From Gekko japonicus (Eukaryota): a stretch of DNA of 64,000 bases. Location of the stretch: assembly GCF_001447785.1 (NCBI RefSeq), contig NW_015164754.1:104749-168748 (forward strand), written 5' to 3'. Numbering within the stretch: position 1 is the first letter of the stretch; every line of letters starts with the position of its first letter. The notes under the pieces are model-generated. The model ran no database searches. It saw only the letters and a program-made list of their open reading frames with translations, and was not told where the DNA came from. Both the position numbers and the translations under genes were made by a program. Positions 1 to 12,442 of this stretch are shown here, in pieces.

Positions 1-67
1 AGTCCTTGTTGTTGTTGTTTAGTCTCACAGTCGAGTCCGACTCTTCGCGACCCCATGGACCAGATCA

Positions 68-1215
68 CACCAGATCAGTCCTTGTACAAAACAATTAAAG
101 GGCGTAAGTTTGACATTAAAAATCACAACACTCAAAACCCAGTGGGAGAACATTTTAATCTTCCCAGACACACCATTGCTGACCTAAAAGTGGCAGTCTT
201 CAAACAGAGAAGCTTCAAGGGGAGATTACAATATGAGATTGCTGAATATGAGTTCATTCACAAATTCAGAAGAATGGCTTCCCCCACGGTTGAATAGGGA
301 CATAAGGATCCTTTGCTCACTACAGATGCTGATTTTTTGGCCCCCAGCGTGCCTGATTACGTATTGCTTTGTACCTTTACATGGTGACTCAGCATGACTT
401 CTTTGCTGCATCCCTGCCGTCTTCTGACTGGTATATAAAGACTCAGGGATCTTCATTTCCACTTGTTGTCCCGAGGGCGAGCCTCCACAGGGATGGCCGC
501 CACCGCTCGGGACTCTAATCCAGCCAACCCCTCCAGCCACGACTCTGTCGGCACCTACCGGGCGCTGCAGCCCACCGATCAGACTGGGAACAGACAGGAT
601 GGCCCTGAAGCAGCTGGACGCTGCCGCCTCTGTCGACCAACAAGCGGCAGGGGATAGTCCACCGGGAGGGGGAAAGGAGACTACACCGGGCCGATGGCTC
701 GGCACGAGGGCCCGCCCACGGCCCCGTGCAGCACGAGGAAGGGGAGAAGCAGAGCTGATGCAGCCATCGGGTCCAGAGGGGGAGAGCCGGAAGGCAGCCA
801 CGCCCCAGACCCAGCATCTGGGGATAAAAGGAGGGGGTGGGGCTACAATAGGGGGTGGAGGGCAGAACACAGGGGAGAGTAGGTGGCACGGGACGGGAAT
901 AAGAGAGGGAACGCAGACAGAAGCTAAGGCACGAGAGGAGATACGGACAAGAGAGATAGAGTTGTCTAAGTGTGCCAAGAGAGAGCAGAGGGTGGTGACG
1001 TAACCTCCTCTCCGCCAGCTTGTCTGTTCCCCCCTTCTCCCCAGGTGGCCGGGTGTGGTGGCGGACAGTGCAGGGCGGCAGGCGACCAGCGACAACGACG
1101 AGGGGTCGTCTGGCTCATGTGACACTTGTATATGAAAGAGGGACCTTTGATTCTTGAAAGAGCATACTCCCAAAATTTTACTTGTCTTTAACGCTACTGG
1201 GTTCAAGTCTTGCTC
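68..1215 (+). mobile_element. Degenerate Penelope-like retroelement 3' region, interrupted by a solo LTR
   Basis: Translation KFDIKNHNTQNPVGEHFNLPRHTIADLKVAVFKQRSFK...EIAEYEFIHKF resembles the GIY-YIG endonuclease C-terminus; Penelope-type terminal repeat at about 1132-1215. Confidence 0.75.
467..1124. mobile_element. Solo LTR (658 bp)
   Basis: TGTC...GACA ends, 5-bp TSD CTTGT (462-466 and 1125-1129), GC/CpG rich, GATAAAA TATA-like box near 823. Confidence 0.8.
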
Positions 1216-3754
1216 TATCTCACCTAGAGGATAAGTCAATTTTTTTTTTAAAAAACAAGAGAATAAGTGAATTTCCCCCCAAAAAACCCAACAGCCCAAA
1301 ACCACCCAAGAATTAATTCTACAAAGTTAAATCTTCTGGCAAAAATATATATATTCTAATTTCCCCCCCTTGAACTTGATCTCTGTCTTCATTCCAGATT
1401 GGAGAAATTGTAATATTTTGATTTCAGACTTCTGAAATAAATTGCAAATTTTTCAAGCAAACAGCTAACGTTTCAAGACAATGCCCAAAGGCCTTTGCAA
1501 ACATCTCTTGGAACTGAATACTAACAACAGCCTGATAGCAGTAGAAAAGAGCAAGAGTCCAGTAGCTCCTTAAAGACTGACAAAATATGTGGCAGGTGTT
1601 GAGAAATAGACTCATTTTATGATTTATATCTGCTACACACAACAAATGGATTGTGCACACACTTGTATGCCATGAGCCTAGAGAAAGCTGTTTGAATTAC
1701 CTACTGTGAGACAGAATTCACATAGGAACACTTGCCTGCACTTTATGCTAATGTAGCTTGCACACATTCCGCTCAGAGAGGATCATGGGAAGAAGAAGCA
1801 GATGTTAGCCATTGTTAGCAGAAAACGACAACCCAGAGAAGAAGATCCTCCATTACTGCAAAGACGAGATGCCACGTAGAGCATGGACTTTATCTGCATC
1901 TGTATAGCAGTTTCCTGTTGACGGTACCAAACTGGCCTGGGAAAGCCAAGATTCATTTGTACTACAAAGGAGAGGCAGGAAGAACAGAATTCGCACCTAG
2001 CCAAATGGTATTCCATGAGATAGAGTATAGTATTTCAAATATTGGCTCAACATAGAACCCCAGCCCCTTTCTACATTCACCAATCAGGTAGTTCATGGGA
2101 TGGACTTGTGAGTAGGTGGGACTACAGTTTGGCAAGGTGCCACCCACCTGGAGATTCAACTGTATAACGCAGGACCATGCTTTAAGAGCTGGGCCAGCAA
2201 CATTCCACCATCAACGCAAGACCATGCTGCAGGCTGGCCACACTCCTACCCACCCCCTCTTCCCTGCCTTAAAAATCTTTGTCCTTGCTGGATCTCTTTG
2301 GGGTGCGCAGCCAAAGACATCCACAGACACACACACACTAGCTAGCTGGTTCTGGGAGTGTGAATTAGTAACTACCCCTAGGAACCTTTCCCTTACCCTC
2401 CAATTTTTCCATTGCAACAAGACAGGACTCCTGGAAGCAGGCGAGTATAAACCGAAATATACCTACCTACTTCCAAGTAATTAAGAAACTATCTTTATAT
2501 TCTTTCTGTATATCTAAAGGAACCTTGAGTGTATGTGAAATGAGAGACTGATGTTTTTGTATGTGTGAACTCGAAATCCTTCAGTAAAAAAGATTATTTT
2601 GTTTTGGAAAAACACCCGTGTGGTCTCCATTACTGGGTCTCTATAGACACAACCTTGGTATAGTTGGCCAGCACTCATGTTAAAATAGTTAGCCAACCTC
2701 CAAAGCATCCATTTTCTGTAGTGGAAATGGTTTCTGTAGTCTGGAGATCAGTTGTCATTTTGGGAGATCTCCAGGCCCCACCTGGAGTTTGGCAACCATA
2801 TTAAATCGAACCTCCATTGACTATAGAATCTTAACTAAGACGTTTGCTCAATATATTTTCTCTCGTAGAAATTAGTGGGAGCAATTCATTCGTATGGGAG
2901 ATGAGCAACAATTAGCATTATCATGATTTGTCCATACCTTCTGAAATTGGAGTGATTATAGTAGAGTGATTACAAAGCTACACATGTTACAAACAAAAAA
3001 AATATGATTAGTTCAAAGACATTGCCAGATCTCAAAAGCCTGAACACAAGGGACCTGGTGCACAAGAAATGCACAAGGGAGGAAAGCCGTATGTGAGATC
3101 ACACAAGAACACAATGTTATAAAGACTCCAGAAGGTGCAGGAAAAAGCCAGAACTATGGAGCAAATGATCTACTTTCCTCATCAATGCCAGCAATCTTTT
3201 TTTCTTTGCCGATGATTACTGACAACTTTCTCAGGGGTGGAAATGTAACACCCCTCTGACCAAAATGTCTGTTTCCTGTTTGTTGGCCTGCTTTTCAAGG
3301 ACACTTGACTGGAGAAAAATGGTTGACTTCACATCAAAATGATTGTAATGTCGGGGTTAAAAGATAACGTTAGAGCAGGTGGCTTCTCTGTTGACCTCAG
3401 TGTGACAATGGTCTCTGGCTCCATTTTATACCAGATAGTAGAATAGAGTGGATTGTGGTAACAATTGACCAAGAGGAGAAACATCTGCAGAACCTCACCG
3501 TTAGTAGTAAAACAGGCACTACTATGCCTACACCAGGAAGGAGAATCTGTATAACACTGTGGTGTTAGAGACTGGGAGGAGACCTGTCTTTCTTTCACAC
3601 CTGGGAGTGCCATCTGTCTGTTCTCTCGAGTGTTCTAGTTCTCACGGCTGCAAAGATCCACTTGAAAACACGTATCAAGTCCAGTATCGTCTTCTCTGAT
3701 TAGTAACAGCTATCATCTCAGGGAGAGATCCTTTTCAGCCTTGTTACGTACGTA

Positions 3755-3945
3755 AGTAAGTGCTGTCAAGTTGCAACCCACTGATGATGACCCCAGCAAG
3801 TGGTTTTCAAGGAAAGTGAGAGACAGAGGTGGTTTGTCATTGCCTTCCTTTGCAAAAGTCTTTCTTGGTGGTCTCCCATCCAAGCGCCAACCCTGCTTAG
3901 CTTCTGAGATCTCTTGAGATTGGGCTACACTAGACTGCCTTTCCT
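3755..3945 (-). mobile_element. 5S rRNA-derived SINE with RTE-like tail; related copies near 6370-6960 (+), 12880-13050 (-), 17795-17975 (-), 23545-23720 (+), 26095-26308 (-)
   Basis: Head matches the 5S internal control region (AAGCTAAGCAGGG...TTGGATGGGAGACC). Confidence 0.7.
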
Positions 3946-4025
3946 CCATTAGCCCTTCTACCCAAGACAATATTAACTAGCCATAACAGTGACTGAACCC
4001 AAGAATTTCTGCTATGGAATTTCTG

Positions 4026-4288
4026 CAAAAGGGAATTAGATAAGCATATGGAGCAGAGGTCCATCAGTGGCTATTAGCCACAAGGTATAGATAGGGACTC
4101 TGGGGCAAGTGATGCTCTGTCTTCTTGGTGCTTGGGGGGGGGTCAACAGTGGGAGGGCTTCTAATGTCCTGGCCCCACTGGTGGACCTCCTGATGGCACC
4201 TGGTATTTCTGGCCTCTGTGTGATACAGAGTGTTGGACTGGAGGGGCCTTTGGCCTGATCCAACATTGGTGTCTCTTATGTTCTTATC
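4026..4288 (+). mobile_element. CR1 LINE 3' end (5'-truncated); same family at 9898-10138 (-), 10643-10900 (+), 14404-14718 (-), 23325-23531 (+), 23945-24295 (+, two tandem), 25580-25756 (-)
   Basis: Shared 3' UTR ending in (CTTATGTT)n, contiguous with CR1 ORF2 sequence in the 49463 copy. Confidence 0.85.
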
Positions 4289-4631
4289 AGAAGTCAAGAA
4301 GAGAGAGGATGTGAGCAGAACTTGCAGTTATCAGAGGGTAGGGATGTAATGCCGTCAATAAACTCATTTGTCCATAGTACAGGAAGCAGAATGGCGCAGG
4401 TATGTGGATATAACAATTCAAGTTGCCGAACGGAGGGTTTCTGAGAAAATAATTTCAGTTCAGAACTCATTCTCTTATAATACATGGGAACTAGACCCAC
4501 CCACATAGATATATAGCAAATTGTATGAAAGTTGGCAAGGTATCCCAGATGTTTCAGCATTTTCAAAGGTCTCCTTACTCGGTCACTCTCCTCTGTGTGT
4601 TGCAGAGATAATCCTTGCATCCATGAGTGAA

Positions 4632-5546
4632 ATGGAGTGTGACAACCAAACACTGATGACATTTGTCCTGTTGGGGGTCCCATACCCTCCTGAGCTACGG
4701 GTCCCTTTGTTTTTCTTTTTTGTGTGCATCTATTTGCTGACCCTCCTTAGTAACCTCCTGGTCCTTTGGGCTGTCGTGTATGATCCACAGCTTCACAAGC
4801 CCATGTACTGGTTCCTCTGCCACTTGTCTGTCCTGGATATCGCCACATCCACAGTGGTGGTGCCCAAGTTGATCGCTGTGTTTCTGGAAGATGGCGGCGT
4901 CATCTCTTTCGGGGGCTGTGTGACCCAGCTCTTCTTCTACCACTTTGTGGGATGCTGAGAATGTTTCCTGTACACTGTCATGGCTTACGACCGCTTCCTG
5001 GCCATCTGCCGCCCACTCCATTATGGCACCCTCATGAACAGCAAGGCGTGCCTTTGGCTTGCTATGGGCACCTGGGCGGGTGGCTGCTTGCACTCAGCCA
5101 TGGAGACAGCCCTCACCTTCCGTCTGCCTTATGGGCCAGATAATAGAGTGAGCTACATCTTCTGTGACATCCCAGCTGTGCTGAAGCTTGCCTGTGCCGA
5201 CACGTCGCTCAACGAGATGGTGACCTTGGTTGACGTTGGGATCGTCGCCATGACTTGCTTCCTCCTTATCCTAACGTCTTATGTGTACATCGTCTCCACC
5301 ATCCTGAGGATCCAGAGTGCTGAAGGGAAGCGGCGCGCCTTCTCCACTTGCACGTCCCACGTCATCATTGTGATGACCTGCTACATCCCTCTCTCTTTTA
5401 CCTACCTGAGACCTGGGGCACAGGATCCACTGGGAGGGATGGTGGCCGTCTTCTACACCACGGTGACCCCTTTCCTGAACCCCGTAATATACACTCTGAG
5501 GAACAAGGAGATAAAAAAGGCCATACTGAAACTAAAACGCAGGAAA
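4632..5546 (+). pseudogene. OR10G6-like olfactory receptor with one in-frame TGA (4956-4958); 3' end runs into an assembly gap
   Basis: ORFs 4521-4958 and 4980- are in the same frame. MECDNQT...LHKPMYWFLCHLS...[27 protein letters not shown]...RAFSTC...PFLNPVIYTLRNKE. No frameshift; stop codon hidden by Ns from 5547. Confidence 0.88.
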
Positions 5547-5871
5547 NNNNNNNNNNNNNNNNNNNNNNNNNNNNNNNNNNNNNNNNNNNNNNNNNNNNNN
5601 NNNNNNNNNNNNNNNNNNNNNNNNNNNNNNNNNNNNNNNNNNNNNNNNNNNNNNNNNNNNNNNNNNNNNNNNNNNNNNNNNNNNNNNNNNNNNNNNNNNN
5701 NNNNNNNNNNNNNNNNNNNNNNNNNNNNNNNNNNNNNNNNNNNNNNNNNNNNNNNNNNNNNNNNNNNNNNNNNNNNNNNNNNNNNNNNNNNNNNNNNNNN
5801 NNNNNNNNNNNNNNNNNNNNNNNNNNNNNNNNNNNNNNNNNNNNNNNNNNNNNNNNNNNNNNNNNNNNNNN
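5547..5871. other. Assembly gap (others: 19753-20349, 33905-34143, 37935-38367, 45748-45792, 47887-48280)
   Basis: Runs of N. Confidence 0.99.
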
Positions 5872-6735
5872 TCTCCGTTGTTTCTCTTTGACCCTGTTCT
5901 TTGACTCATGCTTCAGTTTGCCTCAGTCTTCAGACTGCAAGCAAGAAAGAGAAAAGGAAAGGTGACCGGTGTAGGAACAGTGATTCTGTGTGGCAAACCC
6001 GGAATTTACTTCTCCTGGCTGGGGATTGGGAACTAAAGTATGTGAGTGCTGAGTGCACGAGGTAACATCTGCTGACTTCATGAGAATGAAGCCACTTGGC
6101 CGAGAGCCCGGAAAGATAAGAGAGTGCGCTGTTAGCAAAATACATTCGTGTATGAGAGGGAGGGAGGAGGAAAAGGGGGAAGAGATTCTTAATAAATACT
6201 CTTGAAGCCGAGACAGCGACACACAGCTTCTGCAGATTTTGTGCCGTGTCGTTCTTTGTTCTTTGAACTCCTGCAGCCTTCAGACCGGACTTCAGAAAAC
6301 TTGTCTGGTTTTGGAGGGACATGGGAGAAACATTTACTGGCACTATTCTTGGTTGTACCCTGACGTGAATGGGCCAGGCTAACCCTGTCTCATCAGATGA
6401 ATGTTAATGGTTTTAATGACTGTGCTGTGTATTTTATCTTGATATTTATACGATTGTTTTATCTACTGTTTCTTATGTAAGCTGCCCTGAGCCTGCCTCA
6501 GTGGGGAGGGTGGGGTCAAAATAAAATAAAATAAAATAAATAAATATCAGAAGATAAGCAGGGTAGGCCTTTGTTAGCTTTTGGATGGGAGAATGCCAAG
6601 AAAGTCCAGGGTTACGATGCAGAGGCAGGCAATGGTAAACCACCTCTGTAAACCACCTCCCACCTCCCACCTCCCAGAGGCAGGCAATAGTAAACCACCT
6701 TGAAAACTCTATGGTGACCATAAGTTGGCTGTGAC

Positions 6736-6941
6736 CAATGTTCCCTCTAAGCTGTGGAGTCCTGTGAGCAAAAATTCTACTTTGTGAGTTACTGGCATCA
6801 AAGTTGTGAGCAAGTGATTTGGCTACTCCATAAATTAGTTTGCTCTGGAGCCATCCTTCATGAGCTAAGACAAAAATGTCTGAGCTGGAGGCTAAAAAAC
6901 TGTGAGCTAGCTCACACTGACTCAGCTTAGAGGGAACATTG
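6736..6941. mobile_element. hAT MITE family A
   Basis: TIR CAATGTTCCCTCTAAGCTG; 8-bp TSD GCTGTGAC; inserted into a 5S-SINE. Confidence 0.92.
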
Positions 6942-9229
6942 GCTGTGACTTGATGGCATTTCCCACCATCATTCTTGGCTGCATGGTTTCTGTGTACCTG
7001 CAAGATTGTGATTCATTTTTCAACGATAAATGATTGAACCACCTGTCTTCAGGTATCTTTTTTGCCTACAAGGGATAGCCTAGCTGGTTGCTATCAGCTT
7101 TGAGCAAGGACCACAATGCTGTCCTGGCGTCAATGGATCCAAGTCTTCGCTAATTTAGAAGACTAGTAGCACATTATAAAAGCAGGGATCTTGCAAAGAG
7201 ACATGGATATGCCATAGCATTAATCCCCAATGGGATTCCTCTTGCCCACCAGTCTCTTTCCTAGTACTCATTTCCTTCTTCCCCACAGCATCAATTTCCC
7301 AAAGTAAAGAACATAATCCTGCCTTTTCCTCCACCTTACTGGAGAACCCAGGAAATGTCACTGTTGTGTCTACAGGTCCAATCTGCATTGGTATTTTCCA
7401 CCACTGTGCCTTCAATTTCACACCGTCTCACAAATTCCTGTCTACATTGCATGCCGTCATCGCCTTCCTATTGCATCGACTCAGCATTGGCTGTCTGCAT
7501 CATCTTATTGCCCTGTAGTGGCCACTCCAAGGTCACTGCATCATCCCACTGTGTTACCTGGACCTCATTTAAAGCAGTTCCAATTGCTCCTCCCCGCCCT
7601 CGAGATGCTGTGAGCAAAAAGCAGACAACTGGAACCAAATTCTCCCCCCCCACACACACCAGTCGTCTGTGTGTTTAAAAGCAGCCAGGGAACATTTTCC
7701 TGCAATCATACTTTTTTTTGCTGGTGGGTTAGAAGCATGCCCACCCAGCTTGCTCATTTTCCAGTCCCCCTCTGCCCCTCCACCAGGTCACCCCCCTTTA
7801 CTTTCTGCAGGGCAGTCATGGGTGCCGTTCCCCCCCCCAGTGTAGTGCCCTGCTGGCACCCCGGGAGGCCTCCCCCCTCTCGCACGCGCTTTCCCTCCTT
7901 GCGCCCCCACGGTTGCCATGGTGAGGACTGATGCAGACAGGTAGCCTTTAATCCGAGCCAGAATGGGAGGGAAGCCAGAACTGGAGGGAAAGGGGAACAG
8001 AGTACAACGGCACCGCAGCAGACTGAATGTGCTTTACACAGCAGATGCAGATTCAGCCTTTAAGGACTACCCATTCAAAAACAGTTTCTGGTGGGTAGCC
8101 ATTTTGGTGAGCATCAGGTTTGAGTCCAGGAGCACCATAAAGACCAGCACATTTTTTGAGAAATTCCCAGAGATTTGGGGGCAGTGCCTGAGGAGGCTGA
8201 AGTTTGGGGAGGGAAGGGAGCTGAGCAGGGATTTGATGTCAGAGAGTCTGTCCTTTAAGCTGCCATTTTCTTCAGGCACGGTTCCCATTCACCAGGCAGG
8301 GATGGGGGATCCCCCGATTTTTGGGGCTCCTGTCTGCCTGGGGAAACCCCGCTCCAAACAGCGACATTGCACGGCAATGTCCCTGAAGCGATGAGATCAC
8401 ACAGAAGTGACATCATCACGCCACGTGGCGACGCTCTGCTTTTTGGGCAAAACTCTATGGTGTGAGGGCAATTTCGCCATAGAGATTCGCCCAAAAAGCA
8501 GAGTGTCACCACGTGACATCCCTGATGTAATGACGTTACTTCATCATGTCGGGGACGTCACGTGATGTTCCCTCCAGGAATCCCCCCCAAATCTCCCTGC
8601 CGGCGTGAAGGTAAGACCTGGCAACCCTACCTTCAGAAGAACTTCTCTCTGTATTCTGGAGATCAGTCGGAATTCTGGGAGTCCTCCAGGCCCTCTCTGG
8701 AGGGTCACAACCCTAGAACCACCTCCATGGATTAGAATTGCACAAGTAGCAGACACACAAGGGAGAATCTCATTCTTCTCCTTTCCCCAGCGGCCCTCTT
8801 TCTCCCACTCCCCACTGCCTTCTCTTGCTTCTCCTGTCCCCCTACAGAATTTTTCCCCTCCCTTTTGGAACCCCCCTCACTTCCCCTGCATCCCCTTTTC
8901 ACTCCATCCTCATTCTCCAGCTTTGCCTCCCCCTCAGGCTCCTCCTGCTGGGCTCACCTGGCTATGTTCGCTCGCTCATTCTCCGTATGACCTCACTTGA
9001 TGCAGTAGAAAAGCGCAAGAGTCCAGGAGCACCTTAAAGACTCACAACATTTGTGGTAGGGTATGAGCTTTTGTGAGTCACTGCTCACTTCCTCAGGTAC
9101 TTTCAGATTCAGAAAGAATGAATGGTTTTTTCACCTGCATGGTTAATGAGGGGTTTCACCTCCCCATATCCCAAATCCACCCCACGGTTATTTGTCCTGA
9201 AAGATCCATCCACATCTCTCAATGTCACA

Positions 9230-9571
9230 CAGGGGTAGTTTCGTAGAAAAAGAGCTAGGGGAACTCATTAGCATAACTCATTAGCATATGCCACACCCCC
9301 TGACATCAGGGGCCCAGCAGTGAACCTGCAAGGCCGGCGGGAGTGCGAGGAAGCCCCGCCAAGGCCCTCCCTGGCCCCAGGCAGGCAGGGGTGGGGAGAG
9401 GCAGGGAGGAAGCAACTTACCCTCCCTCTTCTCCTGCCTCCTCCTGGCTGAATGAGGGCTGGAAGCGGGGCAGCCGGAAGCAGGGGGCGGGGCTTCATCA
9501 TGTGCCCCACCCCCCTGCATCTCACCTGGGGGAACTGCGTTCCCCCGCGATCCCCCCCGAAATGACCTCTG
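9230..9571. mobile_element. hAT MITE family B variant
   Basis: CAGGGGTAGTTTCGTAGAAAAAGAG...GAAATGACCTCTG ends; TSD not recognisable. Confidence 0.7.
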
Positions 9572-11150
9572 AACTGATACCTCTTTGTTGTTGTTCAGTC
9601 GCACAGTCGAGTCCAACTCTTTGCAACCCCATGGACCAGATCATGCCAGGCCTTCCTGTCTTCCGCCGTCCTCTGAATACCGATACCTACCTACCTCCAA
9701 GTAAATGAGAAACTGCCTTGATATCTTTCTGTAACTCCAAAGGAATCTTGAGTGTATGCAAATGTGAGACTGATTTTGTATGTGTGATTTTGATATTGCT
9801 TGGGAGAAAGCCTTCTCAGCCATGGCACCAGAGTTCTGAAACTCTCTCTCTTTAAGGAGATTCACCTGCATCCTTCTGTTGCCATCTTCTACCTGCTAAG
9901 AACATAAGAGAAGCCAATGTTGGATCAGGCCAATGGCCCATCCAGTCCAACACTCTGTATCACACAGTGGCCAAAAATACCAGTGCCATCAGGAGGTCCA
10001 GAAGTGGGGCCAGGACACTAGAAGCCCTCCCACTGTTGCCCCCCCCAAGCACCAAGAATACAGAGCATCACTTGCCCCAGACCAAGAATTCCTATCTATC
10101 CCTTGTGGCTACTAGCCACTGATAGACCTCTGCTCCTTTGCTTCTTACTTGCCTTGAAAGCCCCTTACTGGGGTTTCCATAAGTCAATTGCAACTCGACA
10201 GTGTGTGTATATACCTAAGTTCCTGTTAACTCACTGGTTTATTTAAGCCTGTTAAGTGTGTCTTGTTAGAAGTGCAAGAGTTGTCATTAATAGCCCAAAG
10301 TCTCTGGAAATCAAATCTTAGACTGTGGAGTGGATGCATGTTATCACTAATGTGCATGCATGCAGGTATGTTAGTATCACTCATTACCTAAGATATATGG
10401 GGAGACTGTAATTTTTACTCACAAAAAGACTATGATGAGTGTTCTATCATGTGTGGGTGTGAATATGTTGACATTACCTTATTGTGTGCTATACTTATTT
10501 TAATACAACCCCTTAAGATAAAACCCTTTGCTTTATTGTCTCTTTTCAGTTGCGTTATTGGTTGCTGGCTGTGGCTGGTTATGGCCAAGCAGGGCCCAGA
10601 CTAGGCCTTGCTTATATACTAATAAAATTCTGTTCTGTTTTGACAGGAAGTGGTGGCGGCTACAAGCATGGACAGCTTCAAAATGGAATTAGATATGCAT
10701 ATGGAGCAGAGGTCCATCAGTGGCTATTAGCCACAAGGTATAGATAGGGGCTCTGGGGCAAGTGATTCTCTGTCATCTTGGTGCTTGGGGGGGTCAACAG
10801 TCGGAGGGCTTCTAATGTCCTGGCCCCACTGGTGGACTTCCTGATGGCACTGGTATTTCTGGCCACTGTGTGATACAGAGTGTTGGACTGGATGGGCCTT
10901 TGGCCTGATCCAACATTGGCATCTCTTATGTTCTTATGTTACCAGGTACTGTGGAGTTACTACAATGAGAATAGTGTGGCTCCAATTATAACTGAATTCT
11001 TCAAACCTGTTCTATGTATCACCAAAAATACAGGAATCAGCCCCCAATCATTGGGGTCTTTCACACACCACATTGCTTGATTAGTCTCATCTGAGACTTA
11101 AATTCGCCACAACTGAGTTTCCTCATGGTGGCAGTTTTGTTTGTTCAAAA

Positions 11151-11890
11151 ACCTTGTAGAGTCTCAGTGCAAAAGGTCCTTAAGGGAAGAGAAATGCTCT
11201 GGGATTCAGATGAAGGAAAAAAAACCTGGGATCATCACGCACACACGCAACTTTATAAGAACTCCAGAAGAATCAAGGTTATCACAGCTCAATGAACCAG
11301 CAGTAAGTGGTGAGCAGTCTTTGAACGTTCTCCCTTCAAGATCACACCTGCTTCCACCAAGAATGCTAGTCAATCTTCGAACAGAAGGTAACTTGCAAGA
11401 ATTTACCAATCTCAGCAGACATCTTTTCTCGTCTTCATCACCACTGTTAGAATTTGGGTTTGGTAAAAGCAAGGCCACCACGGGTGTGAGATACGATTCT
11501 CCAGAAGGAACTGTAGAATGACCTTGTAGAGTCTCAGTGCAAAAGGTCCTTAAGGGAAGAGAAATGCTCTGGGATTCAGATGAAGAAAAAAAACATGGGA
11601 TCATCACGCACACAGGCAACTTTATAAGAACTCAAGAAGAATCAAGATGATCACAGCTCAATGAACCAGCAGCAAGTGGTGAGCAGTCTTTGGACAGTCT
11701 CCCTTCAAGATCACACCTGCTTCCACCAAGAATGCTAGTCAATCTTCGAACAGAAGGTAACTTGCAAGAATTTACCAATCTCAGCAGACATCTTTTCTCG
11801 TCTTCATCACCACTGTTAGAATTTGGGTTTGGTAAAAGCAAGGCCACCACGGGTGTGAGATACGATTCTCCAGAAGGAACTGTAGAATGA
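11151..11890. repeat. Tandem duplication, 2 x about 370 bp
   Basis: accttgtagagtctcagtgc at 11151 and 11521; units differ at only a few positions. Confidence 0.95.
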
Positions 11891-12234
11891 TACATTTCAG
11901 TGTTAAACAGAATATTTTCGTAGAAGACACAAAGCCGACCATGACCTGAATGGAAGCACTCTGGTGAGTGATCTAGCAGGTAAAAGACTGCAGTGGGCAT
12001 TGCTCAGACACCTTTGAATGATGTTCCTTGGCTCAGGGGTGCTAATTTCTGAATGAATAAACCATTTCTATAATTTTAAAATGTGTCAGAACAAGATCTG
12101 AGTCCAGTAGCACCTTAAAGACCAACAAAATTTCCAGGGTATGAGCTTTCGAGACTCAAAGCTTCCTTCGCCTACAAAGGGAGCTTATTTACACAGGTGA
12201 AGTTATGATTAGGAAGCAAGTAACAGCCAGTATA

Positions 12235-12442
12235 GGAGCTGTGGTGGCTCAAGTGGTTAAGATGCTGAACTGCAGGCTGTGGAAGGTCGGTAGTTCAGCA
12301 GTTCGAGACCCGAGTGTGCCGCATGACGGAGTGAGCTCCCATCTGTAGTTCCAGCTCCTGCCAACCTAGCAGTTCGAAAGCAAGACATTGCAAGTAGATA
12401 AATAGGTACCACTTCGGTGGGAAGGTAACAGTGTTCCGTGCG
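12235..12442 (+). mobile_element. 3'-truncated Sauria SINE flanked by an about 140-bp direct repeat
   Basis: ggagctgtggtggctcaagtggttaag head; flank 12089-12234 repeated at 12443-12583. Confidence 0.85.

Noticed and set aside
226-1305. 359-aa minus-strand ORF and overlapping ORFs
   Set aside because: GC-rich antisense read-through of a solo LTR and Penelope fragment; no protein motifs; non-ATG start.
4956-4958. Selenocysteine recoding of the TGA
   Set aside because: The position is Thr/Ser/Ala, not Cys, in paralogs, and no SECIS can be assessed because the 3' UTR is in a gap.
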